Of a DNA stretch of 64,000 nt, positions 9,023-19,370 are shown piece by piece. The DNA is from Chloroflexota bacterium. Its GTDB lineage: Bacteria; Chloroflexota; Dehalococcoidia; Lucifugimonadales; Australimonadaceae. Where the stretch lies: NCBI GenBank assembly GCA_028874795.1, contig JAPPHT010000056.1:75560-139559 (forward strand). Reading direction: 5' to 3'. Below the pieces are notes generated by a model. That model ran no database searches and had not been told where the DNA came from. It saw only the letters and a program-made list of their open reading frames with translations. How positions within the stretch are numbered: position 1 is the stretch's first letter; each line of letters begins with the position of its first letter. The translations under genes were made by a program, and so were the position numbers.

Positions 9023-10042
9023 ATGGCTATCGCCCCAACCGGCCCGATCGACGCTGACGGCCACGTTCGCGACGACGACCGGCGCATGCGGCGGTTCATC
9101 GCGCCACCCTTCGACAAGCGCTCCCCGCTGGGCATCAGCGCCAACGATGGCTTCGACCGCCACCTGCAGGGCACGCTGGGCCTGTTCGACGTCGATGCTC
9201 CAACCTGGCAGCAGGCCCTGGACGAGGGCGGCCTCGCGGCGACCGTGCTCTTCCCGACCGTGGGCCTCCGCAACGGCCAGCTCCGGGAGCCCGACTTCGC
9301 GATCGCCCGCTGCCGCGCCTACAACGACTGGCTGCACAGCGAGTTCCTCAGCGTCGACGAACGGTTCAAGGGTGTCGCGCTCCTCCCCGTGCAGGACCCG
9401 TCGGCCGCTGCCGAGGAGCTCCAGCGGACAGTGCGCGACCTCGGGATGGTGGGAGGTATGCTCCCGGAGGGACCCTACGTCTACGGCGACTCGCGTTTCG
9501 ACTCCATCTACGCCGAGGCCGAGCGCCTCGGCTGCCCGATCACCATCCACGAAGGCGGGAACGTCTGGGACAGCGTTTACCACCACCTCTTCCCCCAGTT
9601 CGCAGAGGTGCACACCCTCGGCCATCCCTTTGCGCAGATGCGGCACCTCACGAGCGTCCTGTGCGAGGGCGTGCTCGTACGCTTCCCGAGGCTGAAGATA
9701 GGCTTCCTCGAGGCCGGCTGTACCTGGGTCCCATTCCTCCTGGACCGGATGGACGAGCGCTTCCGGTTACGAGGCGAACGGGAGATGCCGGCCCTGACGA
9801 GGCCGCCCAGCGACTATGTCCGCGACGGCAACGTCTACTTTACCTGCGAGGCCGAAGAGACCCTGCTCCCTGAGACGCTTCGCGTCATCGGCGACGGCGC
9901 CGTGATGTACGCCACGGACTTTCCGCACTGGGATGGCGAGTACCCTGAGAGCCTGCATACGCTCATGGCCCGCGCAGACCTCACCGAGGAGCAACGCGCT
10001 CGGATCACCGGCGGCAACGCCAGGGAGTTCTACGCTCTCTGA
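9023..10042 (+). CDS. Amidohydrolase family 2 protein
   Basis: IDADGH, RAYNDW, TIH, FLEAG, YATDFPHWD. Confidence 0.9.
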   Translation: MAIAPTGPIDADGHVRDDDRRMRRFIAPPFDKRSPLGISANDGFDRHLQGTLGLFDVDAPTWQQALDEGGLAATVLFPTVGLRNGQLREPDFAIARCRAYNDWLHSEFLSVDERFKGVALLPVQDPSAAAEELQRTVRDLGMVGGMLPEGPYVYGDSRFDSIYAEAERLGCPITIHEGGNVWDSVYHHLFPQFAEVHTLGHPFAQMRHLTSVLCEGVLVRFPRLKIGFLEAGCTWVPFLLDRMDERFRLRGEREMPALTRPPSDYVRDGNVYFTCEAEETLLPETLRVIGDGAVMYATDFPHWDGEYPESLHTLMARADLTEEQRARITGGNAREFYAL

Positions 10043-10168
10043 AGAGCACCGTTGTGACACGCGCCCCTTGCACGGCCGTATCCCGGCTCTGTATCGTTTC
10101 TGTGTACTCTTTGCCACAAGGGTGGCACAGCCTATCGATGGGCATGTCTGGACGCTGATGGAGACGAC

Positions 10169-10357
10169 ATGACGACTGGACCGGCAGATGACGAGCGCCA
10201 GCACATCGACTTGGGGGATGCAATCGACCAGATGGGGACCGAACTAAGCGATGACTTCGATGCGGTGATACGCGAGCTCCGCATTATCAAGGCGATCCAC
10301 CTGGGCATATTCGGCACCGTGTTCGTAGCCGCGTCCAAGTATGTCATCGGCTGGTGA
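10169..10357 (+). CDS. Small coiled-coil/C-terminal TM protein
   Basis: GGAG RBS; paralog of 8625-8848. Confidence 0.7.
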   Translation: MTTGPADDERQHIDLGDAIDQMGTELSDDFDAVIRELRIIKAIHLGIFGTVFVAASKYVIGW

Positions 10358-10389
10358 ATCGGCAGAAACGGCAGACCCAACACACGACA

Positions 10390-10419
10390 GACGGCGCACC
10401 ACCGCAGCGGTGCGCCGTC
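10390..10419. terminator. Hairpin between convergent genes
   Basis: GACGGCGCACC-N8-GGTGCGCCGTC. Confidence 0.6.
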
Positions 10420-10456
10420 CGTTCTCTACTCAGGTCCTGTTGTCGCTCGAAGACCC

Positions 10457-10918
10457 TTACTTCGCGCCGAAGAACTTGCCTTCGATAGCCACGGGGTCGA
10501 CGTGGAAGTTGTCCGGGGAGTCGCCGGGGATGGGGTTGCCGTCCGGCGTCAGCCGGGTCTCGGGGCCCTCGCTGCTGTTCCGCTGCGCGCCCACGCGGAG
10601 CATGAACAGGTTCCGCCCGCCGGTGTTGAGGTAGCGGTAGTACGCGCCCTTCGGGATCATGATGCCCTCGTACTCGCCGAGCACCTTCCCGTTCGCGTTC
10701 TCGTCGAAGAACGTGACCTCGCCCTCCAGCACGATGAACGCGTGGTCCTCGTTCGTGTGCGCGTGCACGGCGTTCTCTCCGCCCTCCGCGTTGACCTTGA
10801 AGCTCAGCCAGAGCAGGTCCGTGCGCGCAAGGTCGATGTTCGTGCGGCCCGCCGACAGGTACGGCCCCTTGATGGAGAACGTGGACGTCTGCGGCCTCGT
10901 CTGCGTCTCGGTGGTCAT
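10457..10918 (-). CDS. Cupin domain protein
   Basis: GGENAVHAHTNEDHAFIVLEGE; IPKGAYY. Confidence 0.85.
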   Translation of the reverse strand: MTTETQTRPQTSTFSIKGPYLSAGRTNIDLARTDLLWLSFKVNAEGGENAVHAHTNEDHAFIVLEGEVTFFDENANGKVLGEYEGIMIPKGAYYRYLNTGGRNLFMLRVGAQRNSSEGPETRLTPDGNPIPGDSPDNFHVDPVAIEGKFFGAK

Positions 10919-10967
10919 GGCATCCTCCTCGTTCCGTGTGCTGCTATCTTACGCCGTTCGACAAGCC

Positions 10968-12494
10968 CTATCCCACCAGTCCCTTCACGATGTCGGACAG
11001 CCGCTCGCCGATCATGATGCACGTCACGTTCGTATTCGCGTGCGGGATGGTCGGCATGATGGACGCGTCCGCCACGTACAGGTTGTCGATCCCGTGCACC
11101 TTCAGGTTGCTGTCCACCACTGCCATCGGGTCGGACGCGGGGCCCATCTTGCAGGTGCCGATGCCGTGATGGTAGCTGCCGTGCGCGCTGCGGGCGAACT
11201 CGGCCCAGTCCTCCTCTCGCGTCGGGGAGATGAGCGGCCCGTAGAACTCCTGCATCGACTCGTGCTGGACCAGCTCGTAGATGAACTCCATCGCGTTCAG
11301 CATCGCCGCCAGGTCGTCGGGATGCTTCAGCATCGCGTCCTCGATCTCCGGCAGGTCGCCGGGGTCCGCGCTCACGAGGCGGATGCGTCCGGGGTCGCGC
11401 TGTTCGAGCAGGTTCGCGGACACGGGCCACATGGGTTTCAAGCCTTCCACCACTGTCGGGGGGCGCTGGAAGATGTGGAAGTTGCCGTGCGGGAGGCCGG
11501 GGTCGCTCTTGTACATCAGGCGGAAGCGCGGGATCACCCAGTCCGGGTTGAAATCGGCGTTCCCCTCGAACGTCATCTCCAGCGTAGCGTGGTCCTGGTA
11601 GTTCTCGCCCACGCCTTCGAGCGCGTTGACGACGGGGATACCGAGGCGCTCCAGATCGCCCGCCGGGCCGATCCCGGAGAGCATGAGGATCTGCGGGCTG
11701 TGGTAGACCCCGGCGCTGAGTACAACGACGTCCGCCGACACCGTGCTCACTTCACCCGCGTGCTTGTAGACGACCCCGTTCACCCGGCCGTTCGCGATGG
11801 AGAGCGTCTGCACCTGCGCGTCCGGCACGACGTCCAGGTTGGGCCGGCCCCGCGCGGGGTCGAGGTAGGCGACCGTCGTGTTCTGCCGCACCCCGTCTTT
11901 GACGTTGTAGGCGGAGCTGCAGACGCCGTACGGGGCCGGCACGTTCAGGTCCGGGCAAAGCGGCAGCCCCATGCCCAGCGCCCGGGCGATGAACGCGCGA
12001 ACCGGTGCGTCCGCGCTCTCCTCTTCGTCCACCCTGAAGGCCCGGTAGACGTACAGCGGCCCGTCCTCTCCGTGGATGTCGTTGCCGCCGTAGTCCGCGT
12101 CCGTCTCGATCCTCCGGAGGAGTGGCAGGCACTCGTCGAACGACCAGCCCGGATTGCCGAGCGCCGCCCACGTGTCGAGGTCGTGCTTCGTGGGACGCAC
12201 GACGGCCATCGCGTTCACCGACGACCCGCCGCCCATCACACGCCCGCTCACCTTGTAGAACGTGCTGCCGTCGCCCGCGCGAGGGGTCGGGTAGAGCACG
12301 ACGTACGGCGACTCTAGCACGACGCGCGCAACCCGGCTTCCGTCGGCTATCTCGTACGGGATGGGCTGGGGGTCCGGCCCCGCCTCGAGCAGCAGCACCT
12401 GCCGGTCCGCGTCCTCGCTCAGCCGGGCGGCGGCGGCGCAGCCCGCGGAGCCCCCGCCGATGACGATCACATCGTAAGAGCGTCTCTCTTGCAC
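10968..12494 (-). CDS. GMC family FAD oxidoreductase (choline dehydrogenase-like)
   Basis: DVIVIGGGSAG, GGGSSVN, LSGIG, VGENYQDH, YHH.IGTCKMG, HANTN. Confidence 0.93.
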   Translation of the reverse strand: MQERRSYDVIVIGGGSAGCAAAARLSEDADRQVLLLEAGPDPQPIPYEIADGSRVARVVLESPYVVLYPTPRAGDGSTFYKVSGRVMGGGSSVNAMAVVRPTKHDLDTWAALGNPGWSFDECLPLLRRIETDADYGGNDIHGEDGPLYVYRAFRVDEEESADAPVRAFIARALGMGLPLCPDLNVPAPYGVCSSAYNVKDGVRQNTTVAYLDPARGRPNLDVVPDAQVQTLSIANGRVNGVVYKHAGEVSTVSADVVVLSAGVYHSPQILMLSGIGPAGDLERLGIPVVNALEGVGENYQDHATLEMTFEGNADFNPDWVIPRFRLMYKSDPGLPHGNFHIFQRPPTVVEGLKPMWPVSANLLEQRDPGRIRLVSADPGDLPEIEDAMLKHPDDLAAMLNAMEFIYELVQHESMQEFYGPLISPTREEDWAEFARSAHGSYHHGIGTCKMGPASDPMAVVDSNLKVHGIDNLYVADASIMPTIPHANTNVTCIMIGERLSDIVKGLVG

Positions 12495-12508
12495 TGTTCA
12501 GCGCCTCC

Positions 12509-12958
12509 TCATGCCGGGGCTTCCACCTTCTTCCGAAGCCGCTTGAAGAACTCCTCGATCACCTGCGCGCCGGTCGCCCGCAGGATCATGTCGCCGACGA
12601 TGCCCAGGCGGCCCTTGATGATCACCTCGGCCATGTACGCCAGCTCGGTCGCGGTCCCGTCCCGGGAGAGAGTCATCGTGATGTCGGACGTCATCGTGCT
12701 CTTCGTCAGCGAGTCCTCGCCTTCCACGTGCGCCTTCAGGCTCACCGGCGCCTCCGCGTCCACGATCTGTGACGTGAACCTGAAGTCGCCCGCAACCGGC
12801 CCGACCCTGGCGCTCATGCCTCCCTCGAACGTCCGGTCGTCTATCTTCACGAGGTCCTGCACGCCGGGCATGCAGTCCGCGAACTGCTCTATGTCCAGCA
12901 CTACGTCCCAGACGGTCTCGGCCGTAGCCTGCAGCGACACCTTCCCCTGGTACTTCAT
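12509..12958 (-). CDS. CoxG/SRPBCC family protein
   Basis: VWDVVLDIEQFADCMPG..ARVGPV..IKGRLG.VG..IEEFFKRL. Confidence 0.85.
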   Translation of the reverse strand: MKYQGKVSLQATAETVWDVVLDIEQFADCMPGVQDLVKIDDRTFEGGMSARVGPVAGDFRFTSQIVDAEAPVSLKAHVEGEDSLTKSTMTSDITMTLSRDGTATELAYMAEVIIKGRLGIVGDMILRATGAQVIEEFFKRLRKKVEAPA

Positions 12959-13041
12959 CCCGCTCCTTCTTCAGGTGGATTGCGGGGGGAGACTATCGCA
13001 TGCACCCTCCGCGCACAAACGGGGAGCCCGACCACACGAAG

Positions 13042-13071
13042 AGGCCACCCCGCGTGGCTGCGGGGTGGCCT
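13042..13071 (-). terminator. Hairpin downstream of the 13106-17002 operon
   Basis: AGGCCACCCCGC-N6-GCGGGGTGGCCT. Confidence 0.6.
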
Positions 13072-13105
13072 GTGGTCTGCCGTTCGGTTGGGACGCGCGG
13101 ATGTC

Positions 13106-13741
13106 CTACGCGTCGGGGAACATCTCCACTTCGCGCTGCTTCGGGCCGTAGCCCTGCCAGTACTCTCCCGTCTCGACGTCGTAACGCCCCTGCAGGAAGC
13201 CGCCGGACCGCTCGCTGCGGACGATGATGGCCACTGTCTGTTCGCCCAGGCTGCGCTCCGCGTGTATCTCGTAGGGGCGCACCAGGTCGACGGAGCCCGG
13301 CTCGACCTTGAAGTTGCCGACCTCCTCGATCGGAATATAGTCGGCGCGGCGCTCGGCGCCCTCGACCGGGCGGTAGCGCTCGATCATCTCGTGGCCCGCC
13401 AGCACGCCGTAGAGCGTGTAGATGTGCGCGTGGTCGTGGATGCCGCGCCAGGTCGGATGCTCCGGGTTCACGACGGGTCTCCCCCTGACCTCGCGCTTCA
13501 GCCCGTTGATGGCGAACCCGTAGTCCGGGTCCTCGTAGAACAGCAGGTTCTCGGCGCGGTCCGTGAAGACGTTTGCGGGCCACCGGGCCGAGGCCTCCTG
13601 CACGGTGGGGTCGGCGAGCAACTCCTGCAGCACCGGCGTCAGTGCGACCCAGCGCTTCTCCGGGTCCGGCTCGCCGGCGAACAGCTCGCGCGTCTTCTCG
13701 ATGAACCTGTCCAGGGCGGTCTCGGTCGTCACCGTGGTCAT
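13106..13741 (-). CDS. Cysteine-dioxygenase-like cupin
   Basis: LLFYEDPDYGF, IHDHAHIYTLYGVL.G.E, EIHAE. Confidence 0.75.
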   Translation of the reverse strand: MTTVTTETALDRFIEKTRELFAGEPDPEKRWVALTPVLQELLADPTVQEASARWPANVFTDRAENLLFYEDPDYGFAINGLKREVRGRPVVNPEHPTWRGIHDHAHIYTLYGVLAGHEMIERYRPVEGAERRADYIPIEEVGNFKVEPGSVDLVRPYEIHAERSLGEQTVAIIVRSERSGGFLQGRYDVETGEYWQGYGPKQREVEMFPDA

Positions 13742-13759
13742 GGCTTCTCCTCCTTCCGG

Positions 13760-14908
13760 CTACATGCGGGCCGGAACTTCCGCGAGATTGTACAGGCTGG
13801 CGCAATTGTCCCAGAGGATCTTCCGCTTGTCCTCGTCCGGGATACCGAGTTCGAGGAAGCTGGACACTGCGTGCGGATACCTGGAGTCCCCGTGCGGGTA
13901 GTCGGTCGAGAACACCATCTTGTCGCTGCCCACCCAGTCGATGGCGTACTTCGCGGGCTCTTCGTCCGGCTCTACCGATATCCAGCACTGACGCTTGAAA
14001 TACTCCGTGGGCGCCATCGCCAGCTCGGGAACGAACACGTCCGCTTCCCGCTCGTACCCCTCGTCCAGCCGCCAGAGCAGCCACGGCGCCCACGCGCAGT
14101 TCGCCTCCAGGAAGGCGGCGCGGAGCCTCGGGTGACGCTCCAGCACGCCGCCGCCGCAGAAGCTGGCGAGGGCCATCATCTGCTCGATCGGCTGCGCGAA
14201 CACGCGGCGCAGCATGGTGTTCGCCCCGAAGTGGTCGCCCGCCTGCCGCGCGCCGGACGACGAGGCCTCGTGGAACCCGATGGGGATGTCGTACTCCTCG
14301 AGCGCGCTCCACAGCGGGTCGTAGAACGGGTCGTGCCAGGGCTTGTCCGTCATCTGGTTGGAGCGCATGAAGACGGCGCGGAAACCCAACTCCTTCACCG
14401 CGCGCTCAACCTCCGCGACGGCGTCGTCCATGTCGAAGGGAGAGACCATAGCCGCGCCGATGAGCCTGTCCGGGGCCGGAGCGCAGAAGTCGTACAGCCA
14501 GTCGTTATAGGCACGCGCCAGGGCCGCCGCGAAAGGCGGGTCCATGAACGGCTCCGCAAGCGTGTGCAGCCCTCGTGTGGGGAAGAGCACCGCGACGTCC
14601 AGCCCTTCCACGTCCATCGCCTCCAGCTGCACCTCGGTCGACCACCCGCGCCCGGCGTGCGTGACGTAGAGCTCCTGGTTGCGCTCGTAGTTGTGGCCGC
14701 CCGCCTGGCTCGGTCTGCCGGAGATGCGCGCGGGCGCTCCCCAGGGTCTGCCGTCCGGATGGACCGTGCGGAGGTCGCGCACGTTCTCAGACGTAACGCC
14801 CACCTGGGCGTAGTCGCGGTACTTCTTGTCCGTGTACCGCTGCCACAGGTCCGGCGGCTCCATGATGTGCATGTCGCTGTCTACGATCCTGAACCCGCCC
14901 TTGGCCAT
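13760..14908 (-). CDS. Amidohydrolase family 2 protein
   Basis: VDSDMHIMEP, RAYNDW, GFHE, FLEAN, FSTDYPHGD. Confidence 0.9.
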   Translation of the reverse strand: MAKGGFRIVDSDMHIMEPPDLWQRYTDKKYRDYAQVGVTSENVRDLRTVHPDGRPWGAPARISGRPSQAGGHNYERNQELYVTHAGRGWSTEVQLEAMDVEGLDVAVLFPTRGLHTLAEPFMDPPFAAALARAYNDWLYDFCAPAPDRLIGAAMVSPFDMDDAVAEVERAVKELGFRAVFMRSNQMTDKPWHDPFYDPLWSALEEYDIPIGFHEASSSGARQAGDHFGANTMLRRVFAQPIEQMMALASFCGGGVLERHPRLRAAFLEANCAWAPWLLWRLDEGYEREADVFVPELAMAPTEYFKRQCWISVEPDEEPAKYAIDWVGSDKMVFSTDYPHGDSRYPHAVSSFLELGIPDEDKRKILWDNCASLYNLAEVPARM

Positions 14909-14918
14909 CGCCGTCCTC

Positions 14919-16016
14919 CTAACTCGCAGGTTCGCCGTTCGGCAGTATCACCGCCACCATCGCTTCGAGCCGCTCGTGCGCCTCGAAGCCCTCGTTCACG
15001 TCCTCCAGTGCGTACCGGTGCGTGATGAGCTTCTCCACCGGCCTGTCCACGATCGTACGCATCGCCTGCATCGAGCGGATGATATGACGCGGGGCTCCTG
15101 AGAAGACACCCTGCACGCTGATCACCTTGCGCGTCAGCAGCGCCGGGTTCGCCTCGAGCAGGCCGTAGTCCGTCCACTGGCCTATCACGAGATAGCGCCC
15201 GCCGAACCGCACCATCTCCAGTCCCTCCCGGAACGCGGTCAGCCCGCCCGACGCCTCGACGACCAGGTCGCCGCCCCGTCCGCCCGTCAACTCCATCACG
15301 CGTTCGACGCGCGCCTCCGGGGTATTCCACTCGGTGATATCCACCGTTTCGCTCGCGCCGAGCTCGCGAGCGAGTTCGAGCCTGCTCTCGGGCGCGCCGA
15401 CCACGATGACCCGCCCTGCCCCGCCCAGCAGCACCTGGTTGAGGACCCCCATGCCGATGGGACCGGAGCCCTGTACCACCACGGTGTCCGCCAGGTTGAC
15501 GCCGCCGATGCGGTCTATGCCGTTCAGTGCGGTGTGATTGCCGATGACGCTCAGCAGAGCGCGCTCGTTGGAGACGTCGTTCGGCACGCGCAGCAGCCAG
15601 GGCGTGGCGCCCAACTGGATATACTGCCCGAACCCGCCCCGCAGGTACGGCGCCTCATCACAACGCGTGTTGCCGTAGGACCGGGTGTTCTGGCACGACT
15701 CACCCATCGCACAACGGAAGCAGCGCCCGCACGGCGCGTCGCGGAACACGACGCGATCGCCCACCTGCAGCGGCTGCCCCAGCACGTCCCTGGATATCTC
15801 CGGCGATATCTCCGCCAGGACGCCGACGTTCTCGTGCCCGAAGATCGTCGGCGCGGGAGTCGCATCCAGGTGCCATGCATGCACGTCCGTCCCGCAGATG
15901 GCCGCCATCTGCATCTGCACCAGCGCCCCTCCCGGTTCCATCGGGAGGACAGGGAACTCCTGCACCTCCAGAGGCTTGTTGGCTCCCACGAATACGGCCG
16001 CCTTGCACGTTGTCAT
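14919..16016 (-). CDS. Zinc-binding (MDR) alcohol dehydrogenase
   Basis: ICGTDVH, FGHE, CGRCFRC..C, QGSGPIG; real start MTTCKAAVF overlaps the upstream stop. Confidence 0.9.
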   Translation of the reverse strand: MTTCKAAVFVGANKPLEVQEFPVLPMEPGGALVQMQMAAICGTDVHAWHLDATPAPTIFGHENVGVLAEISPEISRDVLGQPLQVGDRVVFRDAPCGRCFRCAMGESCQNTRSYGNTRCDEAPYLRGGFGQYIQLGATPWLLRVPNDVSNERALLSVIGNHTALNGIDRIGGVNLADTVVVQGSGPIGMGVLNQVLLGGAGRVIVVGAPESRLELARELGASETVDITEWNTPEARVERVMELTGGRGGDLVVEASGGLTAFREGLEMVRFGGRYLVIGQWTDYGLLEANPALLTRKVISVQGVFSGAPRHIIRSMQAMRTIVDRPVEKLITHRYALEDVNEGFEAHERLEAMVAVILPNGEPAS

Positions 16017-17002
16017 CCGAGTTGCTCCTCCGTCAGTTCCAACCGCTCCGTCCACTCGACCCAGTCGCGTATGGCCGCCTCCGGCGGATATTGCGGTTCG
16101 TAGCCCAGTTCGCGGCGCGCGCGGCTGATGTCCATCGCGAAGTAGGCCCGCGGGCCCATCCCGCGCGGGTCCAGGCCCTGCCCGATCTCGATCTGTGCGC
16201 CGGGGATAACGGCGCGGACCGCGTCCGCGAAGTCGTTGAGCGTATACGTGCGACCGCTCCCGATGTGGAAGACGTGGCCCTCGAAGCTGTCCACCGTGCA
16301 GGCCCTGACGACGCTCTGCGCCACGTCGCGCACGTAGGTCAGGTCGTGCCGCTGCTCGCCGCCCCGCGGGATGACGATGGGGCGGCCCGCGACGGCGCTC
16401 CGTATCAACCGGCCCCAGATCACGTCGTGGCTGCCGTGGCGCTCCACGCCCTTGCCCAGGCCGTAGATGCCGGCGTAGCGCATCGCGGCGAAGTCGATGC
16501 CGTACAGCCGGTGATACTGGATGCCCATGAGTTCCGAGGCCGTCTTCGTCGCCCCATAGACGCTCTTGGTGGGATACGCCGGAAACGTCTCGTCCACCGG
16601 CGCCATCTCCGGCCCGAGGTGTTCGTCGGTCATCGGCGACAGCGCGCCTATCGAACTCGTGAACGCGACGCGGTCGATCCCGTTCCGGCGCGCCGCCTCC
16701 AGCACGTAGACCGTGGCGAGGGCGTTGACCGAGAAGCCGCGCACCGGGTCCGCGTCGGCGGCGTCCGGGTAGACCGCCGCGAGATGACAGATGCGCTCGA
16801 TGCGGTGCTCCTCGCAGACGCGGTCCAGTTGCTCCAGCGACGTGGTGTCGCCCTCGACGAACGCGAACTCGCTGCTCACGTCGCGCAGCAGCGTGAAATC
16901 GGGTCGGTTGTCGAACACGACGGGCTCGTGGCCCATCGTCAACAGCTCGCGGGTCACCCAGCACCCGTTCACACCGAGGCCGCCTGTCACCAGGATGCGC
17001 AA
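16013..17002 (-). CDS. NAD-dependent epimerase/dehydratase
   Basis: ILVTGGLGVNG, HLAA, YGATK. Confidence 0.9.
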   Translation of the reverse strand: MRILVTGGLGVNGCWVTRELLTMGHEPVVFDNRPDFTLLRDVSSEFAFVEGDTTSLEQLDRVCEEHRIERICHLAAVYPDAADADPVRGFSVNALATVYVLEAARRNGIDRVAFTSSIGALSPMTDEHLGPEMAPVDETFPAYPTKSVYGATKTASELMGIQYHRLYGIDFAAMRYAGIYGLGKGVERHGSHDVIWGRLIRSAVAGRPIVIPRGGEQRHDLTYVRDVAQSVVRACTVDSFEGHVFHIGSGRTYTLNDFADAVRAVIPGAQIEIGQGLDPRGMGPRAYFAMDISRARRELGYEPQYPPEAAIRDWVEWTERLELTEEQLG

Positions 17003-17199
17003 CGCCGCCTCCAGCCGTGATGGAGCGGACCGCGGCTATCGCCACGGAGGCCGTCCTGTTCGCTGGCTGTAACCTATGCATACCGGCGGGGACTGTCAAA
17101 CCCGCGCATCGCTTGATTGGACGCACCGGACGGCTATGTGATCGCGTCGCGTTCCACTCCGCCGGCCCCCGAAGAGGACTTTGTCGTGGCTGGCAGGTC

Positions 17200-17219
17200 A
17201 TATCATTACCTGATATCAT
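17200..17219 (+). promoter_or_regulatory. hicAB candidate operator ATATCA-N5-TGATAT over extended -10 TGaTATCAT
   Basis: Read directly, 6 nt before the GTG start. Confidence 0.5.
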
Positions 17220-17225
17220 CCAGCG

Positions 17226-17480
17226 GTGAGACGTAAGCACCGGATCATCCTTGCCGCGGTGTTCAAACGCCCCACGCAGGCAGGCATCCGCTGGGACGAC
17301 GTCGAATCGCTGCTGCTCGCCTGCGGTGCAGATAAGGAGGAGCGCGCCGGTTCGCGGGTGTACTTCGAATTGAACGGCGTAGCCGCGCACTTCCACCGGC
17401 CCCACCCGGAGAGGGAAGCGCGGAAGGCCATGGTTGAAGCAGTGCGACGATTCCTCACCGAGGCAGGCATAGAGCCATGA
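17226..17480 (+). CDS. hicA: HicA family toxin
   Basis: IRWDDVESLL..G..ERAGSRV..FHRPHP. Confidence 0.9.
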   Translation: MRRKHRIILAAVFKRPTQAGIRWDDVESLLLACGADKEERAGSRVYFELNGVAAHFHRPHPEREARKAMVEAVRRFLTEAGIEP

Positions 17481-17809
17481 TGCAGTACAAGGGCTACCGT
17501 GCAGCAGTGACCTTCGACGACTCCGCCAACGTCTTCCACGGCGAGGTGGTGGGCACTCGCGACGTCATCACGTTCGAGGGAGGCTCGGTCGAGCAGCTGC
17601 AGAAGGAGTTCGAGTTCTCCATAGACGACTATCTCGCCGTCTGCGCGGAACGGGGGCGGGAACCGGACCGGCCTTACTCCGGGAAGATACCGCTGCGAGT
17701 GAGCCCACGGGTACACCGCGACGCAGCCGCCGCGGCGAAGGCCCAGGGCAAGACGCTTAACGCATGGCTCGCCGAAACGGTGGAGCGCGCAGCCGCGCAG
17801 ACCCTCTGA
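17477..17809 (+). CDS. hicB: HicB family antitoxin
   Basis: MQYKGY..FHGEV...RDVITF..SIDDYL..YSGK..LRV. Confidence 0.92.
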   Translation: MMQYKGYRAAVTFDDSANVFHGEVVGTRDVITFEGGSVEQLQKEFEFSIDDYLAVCAERGREPDRPYSGKIPLRVSPRVHRDAAAAAKAQGKTLNAWLAETVERAAAQTL

Positions 17810-17941
17810 GTACTTACCGACCGGACCTTCGCTCCGCAGCATTGCCCGGTCCTGTCGCGACGGGTGTAAATTGCGTCATACCAGCCCCCTTCGAGGGGCC
17901 CAGGCTCCCGCAGATGCTCACTCCCCCGGAGGAGGACCGCG

Positions 17942-19186
17942 ATGCTTTCGCAACAGGACAACGAACGCTACACGCGCGTCGGCAAGGGCACGCCGATGGG
18001 CGAGCTGATGCGCCGCTACTGGCACCCCATCGCCGGGACGTCGCAGATGATGGGCGAAGACCCCACCATGGCTGTGCGCCTCCTCGGCGAGGACCTCGTC
18101 CTCTACCGGACGCCTGACAACGAGTTCGGCCTCATCGAGCAGCGCTGCGCCCACCGCGGCGTCGACCTGCTCTACGGCATCCCGGAGAAGGAGGGCATCC
18201 GCTGCTGCTACCACGGCTGGCTGTACGACTTCAACGGCCAGTGCCTCGAGCAGCCCTCCGAGCCGACGGGCAGCACGTACAAGGACAAGATCAGGATGAC
18301 CGCCTACCCGGTGCAGGAGTTGCACGGGTTGATCTGGGCGTACCTGGGGCCGCAGCCCGCCCCGCTGCTCCCTCGCTGGGACGTCTTCGCGTGGGAGGAG
18401 AACGTCACCCGGCGCATCCAGGCGAGCACGTTGCCCTGTAACTGGCTGCAGTGCGTCGACAACGCGCTCGACCCGACGCACTTCGAGCACCTGCACGGCT
18501 ACTACGGCACGTGGATCAATGCCCAGAAGGGACAGGGCGAGGAGTGGGCCAACCGCCTGCCGCAGCGGGCGAAGCACCACCTGAAGCTCGGCTTCGAGCG
18601 GTTCGAGCACGGCGTCATCAAGCGGCGCGTCACGGCGGGCATCGACGAGACCCACCCCGACTGGCAGACCGGTCACCCGATCGTCTTCCCGTACACGCTG
18701 AAGATAGGCGGCGGCGAGGGCGCGCACCGCTTCCTGCTCCGCGTCCCCATCGACGACGAGCACACCTGGTACGTGCGCTACACCACCACCGTGCACCCGC
18801 CCGGCGCCAACGCGCCCGCGCAGGCGTTCGGCTCCATCCCGGTCGAGGAGCACCCGCTCTACGACGAGAAGGGGCGCCTGGTGAGCACGGACGTGCCGGG
18901 GCAGGACCAGATGACGTGGGTCGCGCAGGGCCCCATCGTCGACCGGACGCGGGAGAACCTCGGCGTGACCGACGCGGGCATCATCCTCTACCGCAAGCTG
19001 GTGGAGGAGAACCTCCGCATCGTCGAGGACGGCGGCGACCCGATGAACACGTTCCGCGACCCCGCGCAGAACGAGTGCATCCTCCTGCCGAACGAGGCGG
19101 CCCCGTTCCCCGGTTTCGACGAGCCCGGCGGGCCGTGGTTCGGCGTCGCGCCGCGCAAGCCGGACGTTGAGGTCTCGCTCCTGTAG
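17942..19186 (+). CDS. Rieske non-heme iron oxygenase alpha subunit (phthalate 4,5-dioxygenase-like)
   Basis: GTPMGELMRRYWHP, CAHR, CCYHGW, DPTHFEHLH. Confidence 0.92.
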   Translation: MLSQQDNERYTRVGKGTPMGELMRRYWHPIAGTSQMMGEDPTMAVRLLGEDLVLYRTPDNEFGLIEQRCAHRGVDLLYGIPEKEGIRCCYHGWLYDFNGQCLEQPSEPTGSTYKDKIRMTAYPVQELHGLIWAYLGPQPAPLLPRWDVFAWEENVTRRIQASTLPCNWLQCVDNALDPTHFEHLHGYYGTWINAQKGQGEEWANRLPQRAKHHLKLGFERFEHGVIKRRVTAGIDETHPDWQTGHPIVFPYTLKIGGGEGAHRFLLRVPIDDEHTWYVRYTTTVHPPGANAPAQAFGSIPVEEHPLYDEKGRLVSTDVPGQDQMTWVAQGPIVDRTRENLGVTDAGIILYRKLVEENLRIVEDGGDPMNTFRDPAQNECILLPNEAAPFPGFDEPGGPWFGVAPRKPDVEVSLL

Positions 19187-19242
19187 GGCCGTTGTCGCCA
19201 CCGACCCCGGCGGACCCGCATAGGGCAGACTATCGCCGGCGC

Positions 19243-19311
19243 CTTCCGGCGCCCCGGCGGACGGAGTTCGCCTGCAGCCCTCGCGAGGGCTACGCCGTAC
19301 AGGAAGCTCAT
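19243..19311 (-). pseudogene. Inverted 69-bp remnant homologous to the 3' end of the YihY gene (24537-24605)
   Basis: MSFLYGVALARAAGELRPPG vs MIFLYGAALARAAGELRPSG; 13 mismatches in 69 nt by manual alignment. Confidence 0.75.
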
Positions 19312-19370
19312 ACTGCCCATCCAGGGTCCGCTCCCCGCACAGGCTCACTCTTGTTGGAGTTCACACGGAG

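Noticed and set aside
14919-17405. 828-aa ORF, and likewise the 710-aa ORF 47735..49867, as fusion proteins
   Set aside because: Only the C-terminal parts are real (ADH from 16016, Cfa from about 48683); upstream parts overlap other genes out of frame
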